NCBI GenBank assembly: GCA_965246715.1
Contig: CBDFFH010000051.1
Location: 1-64,000, forward strand
From: Chamaesiphon sp.
GTDB lineage: Bacteria; Cyanobacteriota; Cyanobacteriia; Cyanobacteriales; Chamaesiphonaceae
Reading direction: 5' to 3'
DNA: 64,000 nucleotides
Made by a program: the position numbers and the translations under genes. Below the pieces are notes generated by a model. The model did no database searches, was not told where the DNA came from, and saw only the letters and a list, made by a program, of their open reading frames with translations. Position 1 is the stretch's first letter. Each line of letters starts with the position of its first letter. Positions 35,795-46,018 of this stretch are shown here, one piece after another.

Positions 35795-36433
35795 ATGAAT
35801 AGTTATACCGATATACAGATCGTAGCGTGGTTGAGGGGATTGTTGGCGATCGCTTGGGCCGATGGAGACTTCAGCACCGCCGAACGTTCGGCCATTCTCG
35901 ATCTCACTCAAGCCGAACTAGCTGCGAATATCGACATCAATCATCTCGCGGCGATCGAGGCAAGTGAATTAGCCGCAAGTTTTGGTACAGATCGGCAAAT
36001 TGCGGAGAACTTTTTGCGGACGGCGATGATGGTTGCTGTCGCAGATGGGACGTATTCGCAACCTGAAGCAACGATCTTGCGCGAATTTCACCAAGCGCTC
36101 AATGTCGATACTCAGATTTTAGACACCTTAGCCAGCACGATTGGATTCGATCGAGAATTAGCACATCCCACCGCACGCGATCCGTTATTGTCCGTGCGTG
36201 AATGGCTCGACGGTTTAGAAATCGCCGAGCCGAGGTTGGCACGGTTATTATGCAAATTTATCCCTTCTCAATGTCCCTTCGAGCGAGATATCATCCTCTT
36301 CGGTCGCAAAATCGTCCATATCCCACCGTTGTGCAAACTAAATCCCCTCTTCGACCAAACTGTCGGTTTGCGCTTCCGCGCCCTCTCCTACCTCGCTGAC
36401 ACCTGTGGCGAAGATGTCTCCGCCTACATTTGA
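35795..36433 (+). CDS. TerB-like domain plus Mo-dependent-nitrogenase C-terminal-family domain
   Basis: AIAWADG; IPSQCPFERDI...IPPLCKLNP...LRFRAL. Confidence 0.88.
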   Translation: MNSYTDIQIVAWLRGLLAIAWADGDFSTAERSAILDLTQAELAANIDINHLAAIEASELAASFGTDRQIAENFLRTAMMVAVADGTYSQPEATILREFHQALNVDTQILDTLASTIGFDRELAHPTARDPLLSVREWLDGLEIAEPRLARLLCKFIPSQCPFERDIILFGRKIVHIPPLCKLNPLFDQTVGLRFRALSYLADTCGEDVSAYI

Positions 36434-36504
36434 TGGGAACTGGAAGATCGGCGATCGAATAGCATTACCGAAGGCAAATCGGTTGTTGGTGGCACAGCCA
36501 CTCC

Positions 36505-36848
36505 GTTCGGAATAAGGATTTCCGATTAATGACTCCTGGCTTCGTTTCGGAACCGCCCCCAAACAACAACCCCAACCCACAGATCGATTTCCATTGCGGA
36601 GCCAATGCGGAGCGCGTAACACTGCGAACAAACCAACCCTTGTGCAGGGGAGTTTGAGGGGCGGCACTCCGCTGTCTTGACCCAAACGCACGCTGTAGGC
36701 GAGCGAAGCGAGACGTATCGCCAGACGGAGACCTCAGCGCGATTTGGGTCGCTCCTCAACGGGGGGTCTGGGGGTCGGAGCGATGCGCGCCCGTCGGGTT
36801 TCCCGACGCGACAAAAAGCGATCGAGACAACCCCCAGATCCGGGTTCC
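36505..36848 (+). repeat. MITE/REP-like dispersed element with nested inserts
   Basis: Aligns to 62743-62957 and, in part, to 43063-43284. Confidence 0.8.
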
Positions 36849-36863
36849 TTAGCACCAGTCCAA

Positions 36864-37922
36864 CTACTTGGACTTGGTAGCAATCAGATATTTACTCATA
36901 AAATGAACTTCCATCCGCACATCTGTAAACCCAGCATTAGTAAGTCGCAGGCTGAGATCGTCGCGAGTATAGTCATCGTAGTAAGGCTCATGAAAAATCT
37001 CATCGAAACCTTTCATCGCTGGGGCTAATTCTGGCGAATCGGAGAGTTGAATCGAGTCACAAATAATAAAGGTGCCACCTGGTTGCAGAGTCCGAAATGC
37101 TTGGTTGATGACATTTTGACGCACTTTGCCAGGAAGTTCGTGGAACAAGAAGACACAAGTAATCGCGTGAAAATAGTTGTCCAAATATGGCAACTCTTCC
37201 GCATTCGCTTGAGCTAATTGAGGTAACTCGCCAGGAATTTGGGACAATAATTCGTTAGCTTTGCGGAGATAGGCAGGGGATAAATCTGTGCCATATAAAG
37301 CAGCTTGTGGTAAAGCCGCACGAATCGCCCGCAATGTCCGTCCCGTGCCACAAGCGATATCTAATACGCGTTGTTGTTTGGTGGGGATGCTGGGAAAAGC
37401 TCGATCGAGTCCAGCTTTGAGCGGTGCTAAAATCCGGCGGCGCATGGGGTCGGCGGAACCACCGAAGAGAATCTCGACTTGTAGGTCGTAGAGATTGGCG
37501 GACTCATCGCTGAGGTAGCCATCGGTCTGATGGTGGAAGTTTTGGACGTAGTAGCTGGGATAGCCGTCAGTATCGACCTTGGGCGAGAAGTTTTGATATT
37601 GTTTGCGATCGATCCGCTCCCAGATTTTGGTCATGTCCAAGCAGAGCATGGGATAATACCGCAGGTAATCAGCCCAAGGATCGTCGAATAACAGGCTGGT
37701 GGGGTAGATTCCAGCTTCAGCATCAGCGAGATCTGCCGCCATCAAGCGATCGAGTTTAGCTTGAATGATGGGAATTACTTCCATCGGTAGGGTGACTGAA
37801 GCGCGAATGCTCGGTGCCACAAGTTTCTGTAACTGACCGACGAGCGTTTTGTGGGCAAAGCTGAAGTAGTTCTTGCCCTGTTGTACGGTTTGGTAGGTCA
37901 GCTTTGTTAAAGTATCGGTCAT
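36864..37922 (-). CDS. Class I SAM-dependent methyltransferase
   Basis: YYVQNFHHQTDGYLS, VLDIACGTG, FLFHELP. Confidence 0.9.
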   Translation of the reverse strand: MTDTLTKLTYQTVQQGKNYFSFAHKTLVGQLQKLVAPSIRASVTLPMEVIPIIQAKLDRLMAADLADAEAGIYPTSLLFDDPWADYLRYYPMLCLDMTKIWERIDRKQYQNFSPKVDTDGYPSYYVQNFHHQTDGYLSDESANLYDLQVEILFGGSADPMRRRILAPLKAGLDRAFPSIPTKQQRVLDIACGTGRTLRAIRAALPQAALYGTDLSPAYLRKANELLSQIPGELPQLAQANAEELPYLDNYFHAITCVFLFHELPGKVRQNVINQAFRTLQPGGTFIICDSIQLSDSPELAPAMKGFDEIFHEPYYDDYTRDDLSLRLTNAGFTDVRMEVHFMSKYLIATKSK

Positions 37923-38067
37923 ATTTTCTACTCTGGGAATTTGGCGTGAAGGGCGAGTCTTCCTGTTAATTAATGTAACGAATAAATTTAAGTTTGGATC
38001 GAATGCGATCGCTGTTTCATCGAAAAAAATCTTTACACTATAGATAGCGTCACTACCAATCTTCACC

Positions 38068-39000
38068 ATGTTTACCTCAAATTACGACCGACCGACGTTA
38101 CAACTACCGCAAATGGGCTTTGGCACTTGGGCTTGGGGCGACAAGTTATTTTGGAATTACGGATCGGATTATGGGGATACCGAGCTGAAATTGGCTTTTC
38201 AGGCGGCAATTGCGGCGGGAGTAACTTTATTTGATACCGCCGAAGTTTACGGCTTAGGTAAGTCGGAAGAATTACTCGGTAAATTTGCCTCAGAAGCGAG
38301 AGCGCCGATCCAAATTGCGACAAAGTTTGCCCCTGTACCGTGGCGGTTTACAGCACAATCGGTCGCGGATGCGCTGACAGCTAGCCTCAAACGATTGAAT
38401 GTGGCGCGGGTGGACTTATATCAGGTTCACTGGCCGTTCGAGCTATTTCTCACCCCTAGCGTACTAATGAATGCGCTGGCAGATGAGTACGAGCAGGGAC
38501 GCATCGGGTCAATTGGGGTGAGTAACTATAGTGCGAACCAAATGCGCGAAGCCTATGGCATCTTGGCCGCTAGAGGCGTGCCGTTGGCGGTAAATCAGGT
38601 GCGTTATTCGCTCTTAGATCGTGAAATTGAAACTAATGGCATTTTGGCTGCCGCACGCGAATTGGGTGTGACGATTCTTGCTTATAGCCCACTCGCTCAA
38701 GGCTTACTCACCGGACGCTATACACCAGATAAACCACCGATGGGCGCTCGCAGCTGGGATCGACGATTTAGTGCCGAAGGATTGGCAAAAATCGCGCCGA
38801 CGATCGCAGTATTAAAGTCTCTCGGTGCAGAACTCGATCGCACTCCCGCACAGGTAGCTCTCAACTGGCTGATCGCACAACCAAATGTGATTCCGATTCC
38901 TGGTGTCAAAACTGCCGCTCAAGTCGTTCAAAATGCAGGTGCGTTGGGCTGGGAATTATCCAAAGAGGCGGTCGATCGATTATCGGCTAGTACTTATTAG
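38068..39000 (+). CDS. Aldo/keto reductase
   Basis: GFGTWAWG, DTAEVYG, ATK, AYSPLAQG. Confidence 0.93.
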   Translation: MFTSNYDRPTLQLPQMGFGTWAWGDKLFWNYGSDYGDTELKLAFQAAIAAGVTLFDTAEVYGLGKSEELLGKFASEARAPIQIATKFAPVPWRFTAQSVADALTASLKRLNVARVDLYQVHWPFELFLTPSVLMNALADEYEQGRIGSIGVSNYSANQMREAYGILAARGVPLAVNQVRYSLLDREIETNGILAAARELGVTILAYSPLAQGLLTGRYTPDKPPMGARSWDRRFSAEGLAKIAPTIAVLKSLGAELDRTPAQVALNWLIAQPNVIPIPGVKTAAQVVQNAGALGWELSKEAVDRLSASTY

Positions 39001-39249
39001 TCGATCGGTCTTGGATTGATGTGCCTCTTAATCGGTGTCATCGCCCCGCGAACCTCTCCCCCAGAACTTCTGCGACACGAAGAGGGGAGTAAGAATCAGA
39101 AAACAGAGAAGTGGCTGGACAAAGATCGATCGACCGTTGGGGTCGATCGAGACAGTAAGGATTGTAGACTAGATTTATACCGCATCTGCGTGGGTACCTA
39201 GAATGGGCACCCCTAACAAGTTGAGTGCGCCACACATACCAAACCACTA

Positions 39250-40767
39250 ATGCCCACCCATCCCGACTATCTGCAAAAAATCCTTACGGCCAAAGTTTAT
39301 GATGTGGCGATCGAATCGTCCCTAGATCTTGCCTCAATCCTCTCTCAACGAGTGAAAAACAAAATTTTGCTCAAACGAGAAGATATGCAGCCCGTCTTCT
39401 CCTTCAAGCTTAGAGGTGCCTATAACAAGATGGCAAAACTCAAGCCGGAATTATTAGCCAAAGGAGTAATTGCTGCTTCAGCGGGAAATCACGCTCAGGG
39501 TGTGGCATTGGGAGCCAAACGGCTAGGGACGACAGCAACGATCGTCATGCCCACAACGACACCACAGATGAAGGTAAATGCGGTAGCCGCTAGAGGTGCC
39601 GAAACGATTTTGTGGGGCGATAGTTACGATGATGCCTATGCCTATGCCTGTCATCTCGGCGAAGAGCGGGGGTTGACATTCATTCATCCCTTCGACGATC
39701 CGGACGTAATTGCCGGACAGGGAACGATCGGGATGGAAATCTTACGTCAATACCAACAGCCGATTCATGCGATCTTTGTGGCGATCGGTGGTGGTGGCTT
39801 GATTGCAGGGATTGCGGCGTATGTAAAGCGGTTGTATCCAGAGACAAAAATTATCGGCGTGGAGCCTGTCGATGCCGATGCGATGTCCCGATCGCTCGCT
39901 GCTGGGGAACGGGTGAAGCTCGATCGGGTGGGCTTATTTGCCGATGGGGTGGCGGTGAAAGAAGTTGGGGTTGAGACGTTTCGCCTGTGTCAGGAATATG
40001 TAGACGAGGTGATTTTAGTCGATACAGATGATATTTGTGCAGCGATCAAGGATGTGTTTGAAGATACCAGATCGATCTTGGAACCCGCTGGGGCACTGGC
40101 GATCGCTGGAGCGAAGGCTTATATCGAGCGGGAGCAAATCGAGGGTGAAACCTTAGTTGCGGTTGCTTGTGGGGCGAATATGAATTTCGATCGGTTGCGA
40201 TTTGTCGCCGAGCGGGCGGAAGTTGGCGAACATCGTGAGGCAATTTTGGCAGTGACGATTCCCGAAGAACGGGGCAGCTTTCGGTGCTTTTGCACCTGTT
40301 TGGGCGAGTATAAACTGACCGAATTTAACTATCGGATGGCAAATACCACATCGGCGCATATTTTTGTCGGGTTAGAAGTCCAAAATCGGGCAGATACGGC
40401 GATTGCAATCGCCAAGCTCGAAGCTGAGGGCTTTAAAACGCTCGATCTGACTGACAATGAAATGGCGAAAATGCATCTGCGGCATATGGTCGGCGGTCGA
40501 TCGCCTGTGGCGCAAAACGAACTGCTGTATCGGTTTGAGTTTCCCGAACGGACTGGGGCGCTCACGAAATTCCTCAATAGTATGAACCCCGATTGGAATA
40601 TCAGTCTGTTCCACTATCGCAATCATGGTGCAGATTATGGGCGGATTTCGATCGGGATTGAAGTCCCCCCAGCGGAAATGGCTGCTTGGGATGATTTTCT
40701 AGATCGCACCCCATATCGTTACTGGGACGAACGCACCAATCCGGCTTATCAGTTATTTTTGAGTTAG
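39250..40767 (+). CDS. ilvA: Biosynthetic threonine ammonia-lyase
   Basis: SFKLRGAYN, ASAGNHAQG, C-terminal ACT-like domains (FEFPERTGAL). Confidence 0.97.
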   Translation: MPTHPDYLQKILTAKVYDVAIESSLDLASILSQRVKNKILLKREDMQPVFSFKLRGAYNKMAKLKPELLAKGVIAASAGNHAQGVALGAKRLGTTATIVMPTTTPQMKVNAVAARGAETILWGDSYDDAYAYACHLGEERGLTFIHPFDDPDVIAGQGTIGMEILRQYQQPIHAIFVAIGGGGLIAGIAAYVKRLYPETKIIGVEPVDADAMSRSLAAGERVKLDRVGLFADGVAVKEVGVETFRLCQEYVDEVILVDTDDICAAIKDVFEDTRSILEPAGALAIAGAKAYIEREQIEGETLVAVACGANMNFDRLRFVAERAEVGEHREAILAVTIPEERGSFRCFCTCLGEYKLTEFNYRMANTTSAHIFVGLEVQNRADTAIAIAKLEAEGFKTLDLTDNEMAKMHLRHMVGGRSPVAQNELLYRFEFPERTGALTKFLNSMNPDWNISLFHYRNHGADYGRISIGIEVPPAEMAAWDDFLDRTPYRYWDERTNPAYQLFLS

Positions 40768-40937
40768 CGTGAGTTCGGGTTAAGAAGAGCCTAGAGACTA
40801 AAGTCTCTGCTCATGATGCAAAGTCCGCCTGCGCGGACTAATATTCTAGTCCGAGAAGGCGGACTTTGCATTACTAGCCACGATTTCAATCGTTGGCGGT
40901 ACTGGAACGAAGCAAATACCCTTAACCCGAACTCACG
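40768..40937. mobile_element. MITE-like element, 17-bp TIR
   Basis: cgtgagttcgggttaag / cttaacccgaactcacg enclosing hairpins (aagtccgcc...ggcggacttt). Confidence 0.7.
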
Positions 40938-40962
40938 TTGAGTTAGTGGCTCCCCAAGCCCA

Positions 40963-42330
40963 TTAAAGATTTTTCCCCCAATCCGCCATCGCCGCCTGCG
41001 CCGTATTGTAGTTGGTGGCATCGGGTGGAACCATTTTGGCCGTATCGATCGCGAGTCGCCAGAGTTTCCGGTCGGCATAGCCTTGGGCGATCTCGTAGAT
41101 TTCCTTCGACCATTGTTGGATCGATTGTTGCGCCTCGGCAGCAGCGGCAGTATCAGCGGGAATTTTGCGAGCGGTGAGGATGGCGATATACCGCGAAGTT
41201 GCATCGCCTGGTTTGACAAACAATCTAGCTTGGGCGATCGAGGTAATCGGCACGCTCGCTACATTTGCATCGATCGTTTTATTGACGACAGGTTTAACGA
41301 GCTGCTGTTCCTTATCTCTAGCTGACTGTGATTGGATCGCGTAAATGCCGCCTCCGCCTGCACCCAAGACGATCGTCAGCAGCAATCCAACTTTGGCCCA
41401 ATTGGGAATACTTTTGGGAGCGGGTACTGGTGTATCTCTAATTGCTAGCGCGCTAGTGCCCATCATCTCCGAACTGACGATCGAGATGACTGGGGGTGTA
41501 TATGGTGCATAGCTATCGTTGAGATCGGGCTTAGGTGGCAGCGGTGGCGTATAGACGACTTCAGGAATGGTGGAGTTAATGGAGGATTGGGTCGTCGCTG
41601 AAAAAACCGGACGATGGATCGATACGCCGGTCGGGATGACTGCCACAGGTGTTTGGAGCGGTTTCCAATGGTGTTCGCTCAACTCTGCCAACCGACTGGT
41701 TAAATACTCATCGATCGTTTCGAGATTGAGATCGGGATGATAATTTAGCGTTTCCAGTAGTGCTGTGGTAAATAATCCATGCCCTAATCGAGCATCCTCG
41801 TGCGAAAACTCATGAGCTTGGCAGGATAAGAAAGTGGGGATGTTATATTTTTGGGCGAGTTTGGCGGTGGCGTGACCGATACCCCCACCACCTGTGGCAT
41901 TTTGAGCGCGATTGGCATCGAGAAAAACGAGTGCGTTTACGCCAATATCATTTAACTGTTTGTAGAGTTGGCGGATCGAGATACAAGTATTTGCTAAATC
42001 TTCTGGCTTACCATCGATCGGGATCAGGTAATCTTCCTCACCAAAGCTTACGCCATAGCCACTAAAAAAGAACCACAGCAAATCACCAGCGCGTAGCGTA
42101 TCCCACGACCAATGTTTCAGCCATCGATCGATATTTTCGCGATCGGGATAAGTAGACTTATCGCCAGTTTTGGGTGAAGTATCCGTCAGTAGCAAACATT
42201 GTGACTGGCTCCAGCCTGCCGCATCAATAAAAAAATGCTCCATCGCTACGGCATCAGCCGAACCGTACCCCAGTGGTGGTAGGAATTGATAACGATCGAT
42301 TCCGATTGAAATACATGCCTGATTTGCCAT
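40963..42330 (-). CDS. Caspase-like (peptidase C14) pseudo-orthocaspase with one TM helix
   Basis: FFFSGYG and VFLDANR in place of SGHG and DACR. Confidence 0.85.
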   Translation of the reverse strand: MANQACISIGIDRYQFLPPLGYGSADAVAMEHFFIDAAGWSQSQCLLLTDTSPKTGDKSTYPDRENIDRWLKHWSWDTLRAGDLLWFFFSGYGVSFGEEDYLIPIDGKPEDLANTCISIRQLYKQLNDIGVNALVFLDANRAQNATGGGGIGHATAKLAQKYNIPTFLSCQAHEFSHEDARLGHGLFTTALLETLNYHPDLNLETIDEYLTSRLAELSEHHWKPLQTPVAVIPTGVSIHRPVFSATTQSSINSTIPEVVYTPPLPPKPDLNDSYAPYTPPVISIVSSEMMGTSALAIRDTPVPAPKSIPNWAKVGLLLTIVLGAGGGGIYAIQSQSARDKEQQLVKPVVNKTIDANVASVPITSIAQARLFVKPGDATSRYIAILTARKIPADTAAAAEAQQSIQQWSKEIYEIAQGYADRKLWRLAIDTAKMVPPDATNYNTAQAAMADWGKNL

Positions 42331-42423
42331 TGAGGGTTAAATGATAAATGAGATAAATGAACTGTCGTCGATCGCTCGCATCAAATTACACTGACCACAT
42401 CATTTTACCAACAGACATCCCCA

Positions 42424-42957
42424 CTAACCACCGACAATCGCCGCAATATCTAATAAAAAGATCGCGGGTCGCTCGGCCGTATCGCTGGATAACGCACTGA
42501 CACAGTGAATTTGACTATGCTGGCGGTAGATTTCTGGCAAAGGTTGAAATGCCGACACTGGTATTGATTGGATGCTCGGCGCTGAATCGATCGGCAGTCC
42601 GACTAGCCGATCTGGATCGGGTTGGAGCACCAATAGATACTTTACAACTGACGGATTTTCATCAGACATGCCGCCGAGCGTTTGTTTCGAACTCGGTGGT
42701 AAAATCTGCACCGCTCGACCGAAGATGCGATGTCCGACATCGATAACGACGAGTTCTCGACCTTGATATGTCGTCAAACTGAACCCAGTATTATTGGGGT
42801 CGCCGTATACCCGATCGAGTGTCATGACTTTGTGCACGCGATCGAGTGGCAGGGCAAACGTCTCTGTCCCCAACTTGAAGGTAATCAGCCGTTGAGTTAG
42901 CTCGGCTCGGTCTTGCGCAGCCAATCGCCGCGAGCGCAATGGAGAATAAATAGCCAT
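42424..42957 (-). CDS. CheW-domain protein
   Basis: LITFKLGTETFALP...VVIDV...VGLPID. Confidence 0.8.
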   Translation of the reverse strand: MAIYSPLRSRRLAAQDRAELTQRLITFKLGTETFALPLDRVHKVMTLDRVYGDPNNTGFSLTTYQGRELVVIDVGHRIFGRAVQILPPSSKQTLGGMSDENPSVVKYLLVLQPDPDRLVGLPIDSAPSIQSIPVSAFQPLPEIYRQHSQIHCVSALSSDTAERPAIFLLDIAAIVGG

Positions 42958-43062
42958 AAAATTATGAGTTATGAATTATGAATTATGAATGAGGTCTACT
43001 GAATGCACTAATGCAAAGCGAGACACGATTCACACCAACTAGACCCAATTAGACCTTCCACC

Positions 43063-43284
43063 GGGGAGTTTGAGGTATGGCGTTCCGCACGATTGGGTTC
43101 GATCTGTGAATGCTTTCATCACAAACAACCCTAACAAACAACTTACTGGAGGCACTAATGCGAAGCGCGCTTCGCTACACATCAGCAAAACCTTACGCAG
43201 AGGAGTTTGAGGAGCGGCGTTCCGCTCCTCAACGGGGGGTCTGGGGGTCGGCACCCCCAGATCCGGGTTCCACCCACCAGCAAC
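43063..43284 (+). repeat. Partial copy of the dispersed element
   Basis: gagtttgagg...ctcaacgggggtctgggggt...cccccagatccgggttccacccaccagcaac. Confidence 0.75.
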
Positions 43285-43613
43285 TTGCATAGAAGCACAA
43301 GTTAAAGATCCAATGAGTAATGGCCGATCCTTGGGATCGCCCGCGATAGCTAAGACTGCCAATGCTAAAACGATCGCACCACTAATATAGTTCCACTTTT
43401 AAAGCAGGAAGTTACTACTGCCGCTAGATAACAACGTAATTCATCACCCACCACTCATGATTCATAATTTCCCAATGTGATTTTTGCGATTCGATCGGGG
43501 AAACATAAAGAAGCAATACTTCTACCTGTAAAATCTTCGATCGACATTTTCATCATCATCTTTTTGATTTCTGTGCCCTCCCTCCCAAATCCACTAAGCT
43601 ATGAGTTTGAGCC

Positions 43614-44879
43614 ATGAACCAGGGTTCTAGCAGCGTTGCTGATACCGAGAAAACACTAAACCCGATTAAATTATTAGAACAATTAGCTACTTCCCAAGCT
43701 AAAGGTTGCTTGCGTGTTACTTCCCATGACATTGTTTGGCTGCTGTATTTTTATGAGGGTAAGTTATTTTATGCTAACCACTCATTAGAACCGATCGAAC
43801 GTCTGGAACAACATCTACGTCGGGTTAGTCCAGAACCATTACCTAGTCATGTTTACAGCGATTTGCGCGACCAGCTCAAGGGTGCTGGGCTGGAAGCTAC
43901 CTATCCTAGCCCCGATTATCAGGCGATCCGCTGGTTACTGGGACAGGAACATATTACCGAGCAAATTGCGGGCGCGCTAGTCAAAAGTATTACCAAAGAG
44001 GTGATGCAGTCCTATCTGTTGCTTACTACAGGTACTAGTGAATTAGTAGCACGAGAGGCAGCTTTTCCAATCTGGTGGAGCGGTAATTTTCTATTTATTA
44101 CCAAGGAGTGTCAAACAGAACTCCACGCATGGCAAGCATTGCAGCCAGCGATCCAATCACCTTATCAACGTCCTTATCTGATCGCTGTCGAGCATCCCTT
44201 GCTCACGCCAGATGTCAAGGCAAAGTTGAGTAAAATCCTGATCGGATTTAGCTTTCGGCAGTTATCCTTACTGCTCAAGCAAGACGAGCTTGCCGTTGCT
44301 AACAACCTCCATCGGTTGATTAATAATCGCATCGTCGGCTTGCGTCCGCCCCAACCACCATTCGATCGAATGCATAAATTTTATGCATCGGCAGAAGATC
44401 CAGATCGGTTTACCGAGCAAGCCCAAACGATCACCGCTACGCTCAATGCTGTAGCTACTAACGACTCAGCCCACAATCCCAGCACGGGTGACTTAGCTCA
44501 AGCTACTTACAAAATTGCTTGTGTGGACGATAGCCCGACGATTTTACGGGAAATCAATCGGTTCCTAGATGGCGAGAGTTTCAAAGTATTTCCGATCGTC
44601 GATTCGGGAACAGCGTTGATGAAGATCATTCGGATCAATCCTGACATTATTTTATTGGATGTGGGGATGCCGACGATCGATGGTTATAAGCTCTGTTCGA
44701 TGTTACGCAAACATCCAGCATTTAAGAAAACCCCGATTGTGATGGTTACGGGAAATACAGGGATTATCGATCGCGCTAAAGCAAAAATGGCCGGATCTAC
44801 CGACTATATGACCAAACCGTTTACCCAATCCGGATTGATTGAAATGGTATCGAGACATTTGATGGTAGAACATCACTAA
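43614..44879 (+). CDS. PatA-type response regulator (PixG-like)
   Basis: PATAN/DUF4388-like N-terminus plus REC (IACVDDS, ILLDVGMP, TKPF). Confidence 0.9.
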   Translation: MNQGSSSVADTEKTLNPIKLLEQLATSQAKGCLRVTSHDIVWLLYFYEGKLFYANHSLEPIERLEQHLRRVSPEPLPSHVYSDLRDQLKGAGLEATYPSPDYQAIRWLLGQEHITEQIAGALVKSITKEVMQSYLLLTTGTSELVAREAAFPIWWSGNFLFITKECQTELHAWQALQPAIQSPYQRPYLIAVEHPLLTPDVKAKLSKILIGFSFRQLSLLLKQDELAVANNLHRLINNRIVGLRPPQPPFDRMHKFYASAEDPDRFTEQAQTITATLNAVATNDSAHNPSTGDLAQATYKIACVDDSPTILREINRFLDGESFKVFPIVDSGTALMKIIRINPDIILLDVGMPTIDGYKLCSMLRKHPAFKKTPIVMVTGNTGIIDRAKAKMAGSTDYMTKPFTQSGLIEMVSRHLMVEHH

Positions 44880-45004
44880 CCCGATCGATTTATCACCGAT
44901 CTTTAGCCCGTTGGCGAAGCCTCCGCTTTGCGGAATCGGGGCAAGCGTTAATCGATCTTGGTTTCCGGGCACAATAAATTTAGCAAAGAAGGAAAATCGC
45001 ACAA

Positions 45005-45367
45005 ATGGTCAAGATTTTGGTTGTAGAAGATACCCCATCAGAGATGAAGCTGATGACTCTTTATCTCAAAGACAATGGTTATGCAGTTGTTTCGGCTGAC
45101 AATGCCAAAGATGGGCTAGCTTTAGTCACGAAAGAAAATCCCGATATCGTAATTACTGATGTAGTGATGGAGGGGATGAATGGCTTTGAATTTTGCCGGA
45201 TGTTAAAGAAAAATCCTGACACCGAGAAAATTCCGGTCATTGCCTGTACCTCGCGCAATCAAGATTTAGATAAATTGTGGGGCAAAAAACAGGGCGTGGA
45301 TGTCTATGTCACCAAGCCTTATTCTCAAGAAGATATTATCAACGCAGTTAAGTCTGTTTCTAAGTAG
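45005..45367 (+). CDS. CheY-like response regulator (PixH-like)
   Basis: ILVVED, ITDVVM, WGKKQG, TKPY. Confidence 0.92.
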   Translation: MVKILVVEDTPSEMKLMTLYLKDNGYAVVSADNAKDGLALVTKENPDIVITDVVMEGMNGFEFCRMLKKNPDTEKIPVIACTSRNQDLDKLWGKKQGVDVYVTKPYSQEDIINAVKSVSK

Positions 45368-45469
45368 TGAATCATCGACAGTGGATTGTGGATAGTAGCC
45401 GAGCGGCTACTATTTGTAACTCATCATTCATCATTCACAATTTAATTATTTTTGGTTACTTAAAAAGCT

Positions 45470-45973
45470 ATGAATGGTGTTAGTACCGCATTACCAACTA
45501 GACGAGCGCGCGATACTGCTGGCGAAATGTTTTTGAGCTTTAAACTCGACAACCAAACCACAGCAGTGGTGCCGATGCACCAAACCCAGGAAGCTCTCAT
45601 TTTGCCATCAGATCGGGTTTCAGTTATCCCCAATCTCCCCTCGACCGTCTTAGGACTATTCAATCGCCGGAGTAGCTTACTGTGGCTGGTAGATCTCCCG
45701 GAACTGCTGGGATTGGAACCACTCGATCGACATTGCCAGAGTTACGACTTGGTATTACTCAAAGTCGGACAAATACCACTAGCAGTTGCAGTGAAGGCGA
45801 TTCAGGGCGTAGTTCGATTTGCCATTGATGAGATCAAATCGCCGATTGGCAGTTTCAATCCAGCTTTTACACCTTATTTGCGGGGCTGGATTTTAAAGGA
45901 ACAAGAATTGGTATTGATTTTAGATCCCGAAGCGATTATTAATACGCGGGCACTAACAGGCGATCGACCGTAA
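45470..45973 (+). CDS. CheW (PixI-like)
   Basis: IPNLPSTVLGLFNRRSSLLWLVDL. Confidence 0.9.
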   Translation: MNGVSTALPTRRARDTAGEMFLSFKLDNQTTAVVPMHQTQEALILPSDRVSVIPNLPSTVLGLFNRRSSLLWLVDLPELLGLEPLDRHCQSYDLVLLKVGQIPLAVAVKAIQGVVRFAIDEIKSPIGSFNPAFTPYLRGWILKEQELVLILDPEAIINTRALTGDRP

Positions 45974-46018
45974 CTAACATTTACAGCGCTTATTATATTA
46001 AATCACATCATCTACATT

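Noticed and set aside
36338..37028. Several short ORFs over the intergenic repeat (also 43039-43362 and 40791-41219)
   Set aside because: They translate non-coding repeat elements or overlap real genes.
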